DNA of 64,000 nucleotides from Paramecium tetraurelia (Eukaryota). The notes under the pieces are model-generated. The model had not been told where the DNA came from. It searched no databases and saw only the letters and a program-made list of their open reading frames with translations. Made by a program: the position numbers and the translations under genes. The DNA is taken from positions 186,001 through 250,000 of the forward strand of contig CT868678.1 of assembly GCA_000165425.1 (NCBI GenBank), written 5' to 3'. This document shows, piece by piece, positions 31,162 to 42,534 of this stretch. How positions within the stretch are numbered: the first letter of the stretch is position 1; each line of letters begins with the position of its first letter.

Positions 31162-33767
31162 TCAATTAACAAATGATATGCTTTTGTTCATTAATTTATG
31201 ATTTAAAGCATTTGCAATATTTTCAATATTATATGAAGGATAATAATATTCATAACTACACACTTGATCTATATCATCCTCATTCTCCTCTTATTATGGT
31301 ATGATAGAACCAGTTTATGATTTTGGTTACTACATGATACTTGTGGAATGCACCTTTTTATTTAATGAACTAGAAGAACTAGTTTATCTATTTTTTTGAG
31401 TTCTTTTAATCTATAATTCATTGGAGTTAGTAGACTTAACTAAATTCACTTTGATTGAATTTTAAGTATGGGAGTAATCCACATGTTTATGCACAAACTT
31501 TCTACTATTATAAGAGGATTCCTTCTCCTCCAACTTTATAGGAGGCAAACTACTCTATTGATGAGTTAGACTATTTAAAGTACCCTAAGGTGAATTAATA
31601 GTTTTTGGAGCTTCGACAGTTCCCAGTTTTTGATACAAAGAATAACGAGAGGATTTCTCATCTTAAAAATCATTCAGAATCGAATCTTCAAAGTTATTCA
31701 TACTGCCTTACAACCTCCCCATGATTTCATTTGTCAAATCAGTTTCTGAAGATATCTTATTTGTAATTGCAAAGCTGATGGCTGTAATGCATATTAGATT
31801 CTTATTCTATAAGGAGTTAATCCTATTTTTGCCATTATCTCTATAATAATTAGCTCTATCATTAGGTTCAGATGTGTTGTGAATAAGAACTAATTCTTTG
31901 AAATTGGGAACATAAAATACATGTTTGCATTTAGCAAGTGTGTGATTCCTGTATCCACAACAAGGACATACTTCTTTGCTGCAATCTCTTAGCATACAGA
32001 ATTTTTGAAAATCTTGGCTGTGCATCTTAATCAACCTCAAAAATTCCTCGATGCTCACATGAGCAATTAATGATTCACTTAAACATCTCAGAGTTAAAGG
32101 GCATTAGAGTTGAGTGTAAAAGTATTATATAGGAAATATATTGGTTCTTAGCACTTTATTGCCTATGCATTAAGCAAAGTTTCCCTTCATCAAAAAGAAT
32201 AATTTATCCATAACTTAATATTTTTGATGCAATATTGTTCCATTAGGATAAGTCTAAGTTTTTAATGTCTAGGACAAATCTTACAAAAAGGATCTTGTAA
32301 ATGGGAGACTTTCCAATAGCGGCATAAAGAGCTCTTGTTTCATTTGAAACTATAAATCAGGTCTCAATCCGCTTAAGTCTATAATTTCCAACTTATTTCG
32401 ATTTTGATATCTTTATAGATTTTAACTAAGTTGAGCACTAATCTTGTATTTCTATTAAGGTTTATACCCTAAGCATTATTTAATTAGATATATTGTAATT
32501 AAATAACCACTGATCGTGACTATTATGGAAAGTACTCTCAATGGTATTTTTGTATCTCCATTGATTTCCAGTTGTCTATCATAAGGATTGCCACTATTGG
32601 TCAATTAGAAAATTGTCCATTAAAATGATGTTACGTACATGGAGATATTGCTGTCTGAAAATCTAATTATGCACAATATGTTACTAATCTTGAGAAAGTC
32701 TTGAGTAAAGTGTTGAAACCGTATGTATTAGCAGAATAGGTATGAAGCAATATGTTACTTGTGAATTGATCAAGCGGAGTCTTTATACTCTCAATAATAA
32801 TAATAAAACTAATATAACTATTAAAGTTGTTACTAAAGTACTTAGATACAAACAGTGTAAGCAAGCAACTTGTTAGATAAACAATGTCTTAGTATACGTA
32901 TTACTGAGCGATGCTCCATCTATTCTCAGTGTACATCTCATCAACGTACACTCCAATAAAATAGTTACTTAAACTTTCAAAAATTGATAAAGCAACTTTA
33001 ATAAATTGATATCAATTACAAAAAGCTAAAAATAAGTTTTAAGATTCACTGAAGGCGAATTCCCAGAAGATTATCAAAAATCCAAACATTTACATGATGA
33101 GCAAGATGTAACGAATCCATAAAACCTTTGGTGTATATGGATTAAATATAAAACAATTTTAAAATATGATATTGGCCTTATCATCTATTAACATTAAATG
33201 GGATTATTTAAGAAGGTTTGGTTAAACACACATAATTTTGCTGAGGAACTTAATAATATAAAACCACCTTTTGGGCCATTTTTGTTAAGAGAACAAGTCT
33301 TCTTTGGGTAGGAGTGGACTGATTTATATTTTGAATTTTGGAGAAGCTTAGGGGAAATTGGATGATGAAGCCTTTCTCAATTATTCACTATGTTTACGCA
33401 AGCCCATATCACTTTGATCACTAAATTTCCGGCTATTTTTGGAAATCAATTTTCGGCCATTGATATTTTGCATCTCTATTTGAAACAACTTTAAAGATTT
33501 GTAATTTTCCTCAACTTCATCCACTTTGTTAATATTTCGTTTTTCTATTGACAATCGGGAACCAAAGATATCGCCTTCCTCCAAACTTTCTTTATGTTCA
33601 CTCTTCTACAACTGATTGGGGTCTTCGAAATTGACATGCTTCTACACTCCAGTCTAATAGGCTTGGATTTCTTATTGGATTAAACGAGGAACTGCCAAAA
33701 ATGTTTAAGATTGTTAGGAGGAATGCTGAGAGTTGCTTTAATCCAAACTGTATTACTAATTAAACAT
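31162..33767 (-). CDS. Divergent cyclic-nucleotide-binding-domain cation-channel-like protein
   Basis: IFNPYTP N-terminal to the TM region; pore-helix-like MYVTSFQWTIFQLT; C-linker LSGLRPDLQ; CNBD-like region; CxxCG..H..C knuckle; ciliate-channel tail DIDQVCSYEYYYPSYNIENI. Confidence 0.7.
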
Positions 33768-33912
33768 TTTTATTTGTATTAGAAAAGTTAAATATTTTGA
33801 TATTATTGTAAAGGAGGCGATATATTGGACATTGAGAGCAAGAGAAGGCATGATGTTGCAGAAGAGCTGAAATAAATTATAAAGAAATATTTATTAATAA
33901 AATAACAGAATT

Positions 33913-34981
33913 ATGTTAAATAAACCAGAGTTGTCAAAGGAATTGAGCGTTTTCTTGGAATTGTTGCATCAAGATAATGGGGAGTATAAGGGATATGAGA
34001 ATTATTTAATTGGCAGCGATCTTGATGAGATGGATATTCATAGTAAGAGAGGATTCAATAAGGATCTCTCAATCATTTATAGTTAACCTGAAAGTGAAGT
34101 ATCCACTCAGAGAGACAATGCCTCTCTCAATATTGGAGACTTGTTTTCAGTGATTTTTAGAGATCTAGAAAATTAAGCGTATTCTACATTATCTTAGCGA
34201 ATCAAATAATTACAAGTAAGATGGTTATTTAAACTAAGTAATAAATTCATATTTATATGATGAGAGTATCTGAGAAATTGAGTGAGTTCCAATAGCAGAA
34301 TCAGAGTCTTGAAACTAATAATAAACTATTGGTCTAGGCTCTAAACTCATCCCAACAGGAGATTCAAGTTTTGGCTGTATCGCATGAGGAATCTTCCAAT
34401 AAATTGAAGAAATCTATTTAAGACCTAAAGAAATAATGCGTAATCTAAATTAACATCAATTTAGGAGGAATTACATAAATCCTTGGCTTACACATAATAA
34501 ATTAATTAAAACTTGTTATCATAAATTGACAGAGAACAATCAACTTACAAAAAGAATGAGGAGGAGTTTAGAGATGCTTCTCAAAGGTTGATCAAAAGTA
34601 ATCAGGCATTACGGTATTGCATTCCTATTGAGATTAGTGAAATAATTGTTAATATTGGCAACATTTCACCTATGCACAAAAGTAAGTTGCAAGAAGTCAT
34701 TAAATACCTGAATGATGGAATAGATACAAAACAATAAGAACTCAGAAGTGGTCGTAGTTAATCTAGAAAACAAAAGGAGAATAATAGTCTCCATTATTGT
34801 ATCTCAAAATTATCATCTAGCCACTCTCAACATAAGTAGTAATAGAAACAAAAAATCAATGTCTCCTCAAGGATTTACATCAACAAGAAAACAACAAGGT
34901 GTTAATGTGTTGGATACAAATTATTAAACATCTTATAAAGAGTTATTTTTAAAGAGTTTAAAAGTAACAAAATAAAAATGA
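33913..34981 (+). CDS. Hypothetical coiled-coil protein
   Basis: ATG 33913, small introns, TGA 34979-34981. Confidence 0.68.
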
Positions 34982-35009
34982 AACAGTATAAAACTATTTA
35001 TTATTATTT

Positions 35010-35620
35010 TCACATCTATCCGAAATTTTAAGTGACGTTAAAATTATCATTTTCTTAATATTCTAACTACTCTATATAGAATTGTTAATTCTGATAAGAT
35101 TCTTGAAGCTAAGTGTTTTCAACAATCAAATTCTCTAATTTGTGGGTTAATTAAGTGATTTCTTCTTGAAATTAATCGAGGTTTACTTAAAATTGGAGAG
35201 CCTGTTCAGTTTTCTCCCCTTAAATTTTCTAATTAAAGTAGGATTAAGTACATCTAACTATTTTTAGAGAAGATTGCTTTTTCTAATGGCTTCTGCTAGA
35301 ATTTAAGACATATTCTCCTTTTATTTTGTTAATTCTTAGATTTAAGTTTGCATTTCCTTATTTGGTGGTTAGTTTTGACAGAACGAGTTGCCTTGAACTC
35401 TATTGATGTTGTCTGGTTTGATGATGATGGATTATAGATGTTTATTGTCAACGAGTGGTCGAATAGGTTGTCTGTCATCGAGTCTTTGAGTCAGATTCAA
35501 GATGCTGTTATGGTTGGATAGTTGTCGAGTGGGAGTAACGTCTAGACAAACGTGAATTGGTCGGACATTGGTGGGAGTGATGGCAAATCTAGTTCGAGGG
35601 ATGGGGGCTTGTATTAGCAT
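35010..35620 (-). CDS. Hypothetical protein with coiled-coil C-half
   Basis: ATG 35620, small intron, TGA near 35010. Confidence 0.62.
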
Positions 35621-35803
35621 TTTAAATTAAATAACAGTCACTTAAATAAAATTAAATGGCTGAAATGAAGGATTTATTGATTGTAAGGAATTAATGGGAG
35701 GGGAGGACTAGAATGAGTCGAGGGAGAGAGAATTAAGATTTGGGAGGCAGTATTTAAATGGGAAAGTAATTTGGTTAATTTTGAATAAATTAAATAAAAT
35801 TAA

Positions 35804-35874
35804 ATTAATGATGAGATTTAGGCTGATTCATCTTGTATGATTTCATGATTCCAATTCTTTCCCCAACTGATAGA
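35804..35874 (+). ncRNA. C/D-box snoRNA; predicted guide for LSU rRNA Gm at the yeast G2395 equivalent (snR190/SNORD12-like)
   Basis: Intergenic. C box ATGATGA 35808-35814, D' CTGA 35823-35826, C'-like ATGATT, D box CTGA 35867-35870. Guide TTCTTTCCCC is complementary to the conserved LSU sequence GGGGAAAGAA. Confidence 0.8.
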
Positions 35875-35901
35875 TATAATCCCAATATATTATATATATA
35901 A

Positions 35902-37455
35902 ATGAATTAAGAGAAAGATTGCTCTTATATGTAATAGGTTAAATTTGATTTGCGTCGTCGAAGAATGCACATAGTACCATCAGTGATAAATTGTGAAGTT
36001 CAGAAACGCAGAAATTCTTTCTCTCTGAGTTCTGATGCTTGTAAGAGTCCCTAGAGGAAGGCAACTAAATACTTCGAAAATCAGAATCCAGGTTAGAACG
36101 CGTATTTCTGGAGTTTGATAAAATCAAAGCGAAATGAGAATGAGTAGTTTGTGCAAGTGCTCAAATCCATGTGTCCAATATAGGTGAGTGAGGTTGAGGC
36201 AAGATTGTAATTTTTACTAAGAAACTTTGGTTATGAGGATGAGAAGTCTATGTTGGAGATCGTAGAAAACATACAGTAGGGCTAGAGATGTCAGCAATGG
36301 ACTTAAGAAGAGTCACGTATCTTGATTTGGGCGATTTGTAAGTTGGGAGTGCAACACAATTAGTGGAAGGAGTTAGGGAATTTATTGAATCGTTCGGTTA
36401 AGGAATTGAAAACTCATTGGACTGAATTAATCCATCATACACAGAGAGGATTGTTATGGACAGCATAGGAAGATTAGACTCTTTAAAACATGATAATAAC
36501 ATATTTGAATAATTCATAGACGATCAATTGGAAGTGTATGGCCAATGTTCTAAACAAGTCTGATAAGCAATGTTAGGATCGTTGGTATAATACTCTGGAT
36601 CCATCAATATCGAAAGAGGCTTTTAAAATTGAAGATGATTTATAATTGTTGTAGTTGGTGTAGAAGTACGGGAAGAGATGGAAGAGAGTGTAGAGAGAAT
36701 GGTCATTGAATAGAAAGAGATCTCGTTATGACTTGAAAAAGAGGTTTTATGAATTATTAAATTAACCAGATTCAGGTTATGATAGTGATACATCTTCAAA
36801 TTCTTCTTCAAAATATAGGAAATTGAATTAGGATGATATCGATAAAATTTAGAAGTTGATTTCCGAGATGCAAATTAGTGAAGGAATGCAATTAGAAAAT
36901 AAATTGGGGAAGGACAAGTTATTGAAGAACAAACTGTTGAGCATAGCCAAGAGTGATCTTGATAAGATGTTGAATTAATAGAGAAAAATAAAGATTTAAT
37001 CAGCCAGTACACCAACTGATGAATAGAAAAATGATATTCAAGAAGAACCTGATGAAGTCATAATGAACACTCCTTCAATTATGAACTCTTTGTCAAGATG
37101 TCTACTGAAGATCAATTTGGAAACTGAGGATGATCAGTTGTCCATTGATAAATTGGCAGTTCCAAAGGTTCAATATAATGTCGATTCAGTAGAACATCTA
37201 AAACATGAAGATATTTTTGACATCCAATTTGCATTGGTCAATGATAAAACAAACACTCTCTATTATGCAAATTTAGAATTCATGCAATAACTGATAAATC
37301 TGATTACCAATCAAAGGAAATTGATGCAATTGACTGATATGAATAAATAACCATAGAAAACAAAGAAGAAGTTCAGTTCTTAACAATTGATTCAAGTCTA
37401 TCCCAACAAAGTCGGGTTGTCACAATTTAGTTAGGATGATACAAAACAATAATGA
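35902..37455 (+). CDS. Myb-repeat (three-repeat-like) DNA-binding protein
   Basis: WTQEESRIL..W..LNRS..W; WTAQEDQTL..NWKCMA..KQCQDRWYNTLDP; EDDLQLLQLVQKYGKRW. Confidence 0.88.
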
Positions 37456-37496
37456 TTAATTAATTTACCTAATTGTCAACTCTTATTTATTTATAA

Positions 37497-38773
37497 ATGG
37501 ACTTTGAATTGCCCAAGAGGTATGGACTCAACAAACCTACTTTTAAAGTCATGTACAGTATATCCTAATAAGGGCTGGCTAACATTTTGCTAAATTCGAC
37601 TCCTCACTCAAACCCCTCAAAAATCTGATCTCCTTCATTGATCTCTCTAAACCCATTAAGGAACTCAATTATATAGAACACAGAAAGGTTCGTCAGATTA
37701 TGCAGCATCTCAAATTCCAATCCCAGAGTCGCAGATTCATAAACCATTAGGATGAATAGATAGCTGTCATCAGTCAGTAATTAGAAATGGAATTGGAAAA
37801 TCTAGCAAAAGAAGATTGTCCAACACCCCAAGTCGATTTAGTCAAACTTAAATTCCCATCTCAATTGCAAACCAAATTTGTACATGAATCAGCAGCCACT
37901 CTTGAAACCCATTACAATCTGCACAGAATCAAAGAAAAGATTAATCATCGTAACATCACCTTAACAGAAAGCGATCTACTCAACAAAATTACTTAAATCA
38001 ACTTCTAAACTGCCAGGAATAGCGACACTAAAGAATTTTATCACAATTTTAATACTTCTCGTCCAAGAGGAAAAAAAGAACCTTATCTAAGTCTTGATGA
38101 AAAATACCAGATTCTTAAAGGATATTTGAAAGAGAGAGGAATAGAGATGGGCAGGAAGGAATCTGTACCAAATGAAGGGTATTTGCAATTCTACCATGAA
38201 GCCACTAACAGATTAATCAAATAAACTAAGGAACAGTAACTTTTGAAGTTTAGAAAGAGCATAACACTCAAGACTGCTCCTGATAATTAGGATCATTCTC
38301 CTCATAAAAAAATGAGTATCACCAAAATCACAACAGTACCTACAACTGTAGGAACCACACCTGCCTTACATGCTATAACTCCAAGCAATTTGACCATGTT
38401 ACATTCATCTCTGCTTAAATTGAATCCAGGAAACAATTGTTCTCCACTTGCCTTATCTCATAGACATCGATCGGAAAAAGAGAAATCTCCTGAAAAGCCC
38501 TACTCAGAAAAATGGCAGGATTTCTAGAATAAGGCTGAGGCATTGCAAAGCTATTACCTTCATGAAGGGAAGGAGTTCCTGCAAACCTTGGATGATTTAG
38601 AAAATACAATTGAAAAACCGTATTTGAGACACTTTAATTAAATTATTAAGGTGGAACAAGAGCAAGGGAACTTGGAAGAACAGTAAAAACAAAACAAAAT
38701 CATGAGAAAGAGAAAATAGAATTTGCCCAAAAAAATAAGAATGCAAAAGATCTTCAAATCTGAATTATAGTGA
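37497..38773 (+). CDS. Hypothetical protein
   Basis: ATG 37497 (MDFELPKRYG), one early intron, TGA 38771-38773. Confidence 0.68.
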
Positions 38774-38858
38774 TTTATGTGTGTTATTCGTATGTGTCCC
38801 TTCCAATAAATAATAATTTGAGTATTTATATAGGGTTAATGCTTGAACCTCAAGGCAA

Positions 38859-38929
38859 GTCCTATTAGTGTAAAGGTAACACGTGAGATTCCGGCTCTCG
38901 AGTTCGAGGTTCAATTCCTCGGTGGGACG
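38859..38929 (+). tRNA. tRNA-Arg(CCG)
   Basis: Cloverleaf: acceptor GTCCTAT/GTGGGAC, D-stem GTGT/ACAC, anticodon stem TGAGA/TCTCG with loop TT-CCG-GC, T-arm CGAGG-TTCAATT-CCTCG, discriminator G. Confidence 0.93.
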
Positions 38930-38930
38930 A

Positions 38931-38937
38931 TTTTTTT
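38931..38937 (+). terminator. Pol III oligo-T terminator
   Basis: T7 run directly after the tRNA. Confidence 0.8.
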
Positions 38938-38956
38938 ATATTGATAATATAGATCA

Positions 38957-40487
38957 TCAAATCAATTGTGCATTCCAAATAGCTAGAGTTTGACTAGAAA
39001 ATCCATAACTAATTTGAGGGCCCAATTAGTTTTTTAACCATCCAGATCCAAAAACATTTTTGCCAATCAAATTTTAGTCGAGGCCAGTCTTAATGATACT
39101 TAAAATTTAATTTATCTAGTATATACCTTTCCAAATTCTTCAGACTCCAAATACCATAATTAGGTGCTTCTTGGAATTTCAAAAGGAGTAAATGATATTC
39201 CTTAATAAACTAATTTAATTAAATTGCAATTATACGAAGTCTATGTATTCTGAGAATTCTCTGATTGCTAATTTCATCTCAACATCGATATCGAAACCTG
39301 TTATCAATATGCCTTGAGTAATGACCTAACAGTGATGTCCCAATTACACTGAAATGCTATTGTTTATCACAGCCAAATCAGTCAACCCTATAAAACTATG
39401 AGTAATAAGTTTGCATTAAACTATCAGTTCTGTGTTTAACTTGAAGGAATAGTAGGCTGAAGGAATCATTGTTCTCAAATCTCCAGTCTTATAAGAGAAC
39501 CCCTGAATTGGGAAGTTATTGTTAGTAATAGTGTCATCAAACATTCCATTCTCAGCTCCATAGTTAAAGTAGGATTTGAGGAGATCCATTGAGATTCCGA
39601 ACGAATAAGTGTTTAACTTGATCTAATGGACATCCAAGGGCGTTGTGAACTCGGTCTAATAGTTAAAGATTTCCACATTTAATCCAAGGACATAATTCTA
39701 ATCATTGAAGTTAAGTCCTTAGAATATGATGTTCTCTATGGATTCTATGATTTTAGGGTTTGGATCATCGAACTAATAAAATTCAAACATGGTGAAACTG
39801 ATTTTATTGGATATCAATTTCTCACTTACAAACAATTTCAATTTTGAACAAAATTTTTCAGAATGATCCTCATAGTACTGATTTATCATGGGATTTAAGA
39901 ATCTGATAGAGTTCATAGCATTTACGACTTCCATCTTCTATACTTCTGTTAATCCTTCCAAATTCACTTGAGTGATTGTGAAATCCATTGTCATATTCGG
40001 ACATTCATACAATTTATATGCAATAGTCTATATTTTTTATAAATTCCCATTTTTACTTTATTGTTTTAATGAACCCAAACAGAGTAATTCATTGATAATG
40101 GTTGAGTGTATAATGTACCATACACTAATTTATTTTGATAATTAGTAGTAAAATCAACTTAATACTTTAATAAATTGTTGTTAATATCGATTGTTCCAAA
40201 TTCAGCATATGTTTTATCAGTACTTGAAATAGTTTGTTTGCTGGTGTCAACACTTGGTATCACTCTTGTTGGAGTAAATGTAGCATCTAAAAATGGAACA
40301 CTCTCCTTAGGCAATACACACCCCTAACTTGTTATCGCTTGAGAAAATGCTTAAGTTGGGATGTCTTAAAATTATATTATATGATACAGGGTTTCCAATC
40401 CACAGTCTGCATGTAATTCACTTCATCCAATTCATTTTTTGTAATTTCTGCTGCCTTAAGCAAACAAATAATAAATATTATAAACAT
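38957..40487 (-). CDS. Secreted beta-rich protein, possibly BPI/LBP/CETP (TULIP)-like
   Basis: Signal peptide MFIIFIICLLKA; about 490 aa; segment IQLSMDLLKSYFNYGAENGMFDDTITN..GDLRTMIP resembles the start of the BPI C-terminal domain. Confidence 0.55.
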
Positions 40488-40792
40488 AAAAAAATAATAC
40501 ACTCTTTTCTAATTTACGAATATGCGATTTCAGATTAGAAAAAAACAAGATTATGTTATTATTGATAATTGAATGAAATTTGGAAGCCATTTGTGGAACA
40601 GAAGAATAATCTGAAATTCCAATAATAGTCCTTAGATTTATACATACCCCTCTATTATCTGGAATTCATTGACATTCCTCTGCTCTATAAAAGGATGATT
40701 AATTTTGTGAATGCAGATTTTATTAAATATAAATATAATTATTTTGGACTCTTTTCTTTGTCCAATATTTATTATTTTTAATAATAATTAAT

Positions 40793-42224
40793 ATGGATAA
40801 CATTTAGCAAATATTTGATACTCTGTAGGAGGATTAAGAAAGTAATTTAGTTCCATTATGATTCTAGTCACCATTAAGGATAATAAATGTAGCAATTGTG
40901 ATAAACCTAGCAAAACCAAAATTTCTATCAAAAATATACCTAATTTTTAACATATTTTTATAATCTCATTCAATTGTCAATCATGTGGATATAAAAATGA
41001 TGAGGTAAGATTCAGAAAAGAAAAGCAAGAAAAGGGTATTAAATTGCAATTAAAAATCAATCAGCCTCAAGTATTGCTTATTTAAAATAATCATAGATAC
41101 TTTAATATAGAATAATCCGTTCTCAACAATGCAAGGTCTCCATTCCTGAATTAGAGTTTCAAATGTCAACCAATAAGAAGAGCTGCATTAATACTTTAGA
41201 GGGATTCATTGAAAATATCATCGATGAATTATCAAGAGATTAAATAGAGAGAAAGAACTGCTAAGGAGAGTTATATTCAGGCATTCAATATATCATTGAG
41301 AACCTACAACAATACCAATAGAATAAGAGACTCCCATTTCATTGGAATATGGACGATCCATCTGGCAACAGCTTCATAATTAGTCCTAGTCAATTCCCTC
41401 AAGATGATCACCTAAATATTCAATATTACACCAGAGAAGAAGATGAATTCGAGACTATTTTTAAAAAGAAAGAAAATCCCTAACAAAAAGATCAAATCTA
41501 AGAGGAATCAAAGCCCAAATAGTAATTTTACTTAAAGATTAGAGGACTACCATTTCAATGCACTAAATCAGATTTAATAAACTTCTTGGAAATGCCTCGT
41601 CTTAAAAAAGATATGCTGACAATGAAATTTTAATAAAATGGTTTGTTCACTGGTGAAGCATATGTTCAAGTCAACTCAATCGAGGATTTGGAATATTTAA
41701 GAACCTTTCATAAATCCCAAATGGATCATCGCTATCTAGAAATATTTAACAGTTGCTTTGATGAGTATAATAAAGCACAAAAATCAAATCAGTTCTTAAA
41801 GAAGATCAATCCTAAAATAACATCTGAGGTAGGTAATATAAATGAAGAAAATGAGTATCAGTGTTAACAACAAGGAGTGCTAAAGTTAAGAGGACTACCC
41901 TGGTCAAGTACTGAATAGGATGTACGAACTTTCTTTAAGAGTATCCATTCATTTTCTATACCTTAGATAATTCAAAAATCAAAACAATTAAATTTCTTTA
42001 TGATGATACTGGGAAAGCCAAAGGGTAGTGTTTTGTATTAGTGAAGAACTTAGAGACAGCTGAAAAGTTGAAATAAAAATACCATAAGAAATCCTTAGGG
42101 TCTCGCTATATTGAAGTAATAAATGATCGTAACATTATTAAAGGTTTTTATATGCAATCAAAGAGAATATCTTGCTTGCTTTCAAAAGACCTATACTGAG
42201 AGAAAGAGGAGCGTTAGTCCTTGA
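40793..42224 (+). CDS. ZPR1 zinc-finger module fused to two hnRNP F/H-type quasi-RRMs
   Basis: CSNC..IPNF..IISFNCQSCGYKNDEV..IPELEF..INTLEGFI..MDDPSGNSFI, continuing in frame into LKIRGLPFQCT..GEAYVQ..HRYLEIF and LKLRGLPWSST..SRYIEV. Confidence 0.88.
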
Positions 42225-42534
42225 AATAAGATGTGATAATTTAATAACTTTATTTTAAATATCATAAATGATAGATATTTTTAATTCTAATTTAAGAGTG
42301 AGAATATTTTATTAGTTGAATAACTTTTATGAATTATTAATAAGTTAAACACCAATAGCTTTAGAGATCTGTTTCTATTAGAACAATATTGAGTTATAAG
42401 TAGATCAATGAAATGAGTAATAAAATTACTATTTTATTTGAGAGATCATAAGATCATATTTAGTATAATACTAATTACTGGAGTATACATTAAATGTTTA
42501 ATTGAAATATTATGATTGATTTTAATTTTATTTC

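Noticed and set aside
35656..35784. 42-codon purine-rich ORF upstream of the snoRNA
   Set aside because: No recognisable motif and atypical composition; more likely promoter or leader sequence.
40575..40680. Possible H/ACA snoRNA (two weak hairpins, ANANNA, ACA)
   Set aside because: The stems are short, such boxes are frequent in AT-rich DNA, and no target pocket was identifiable.
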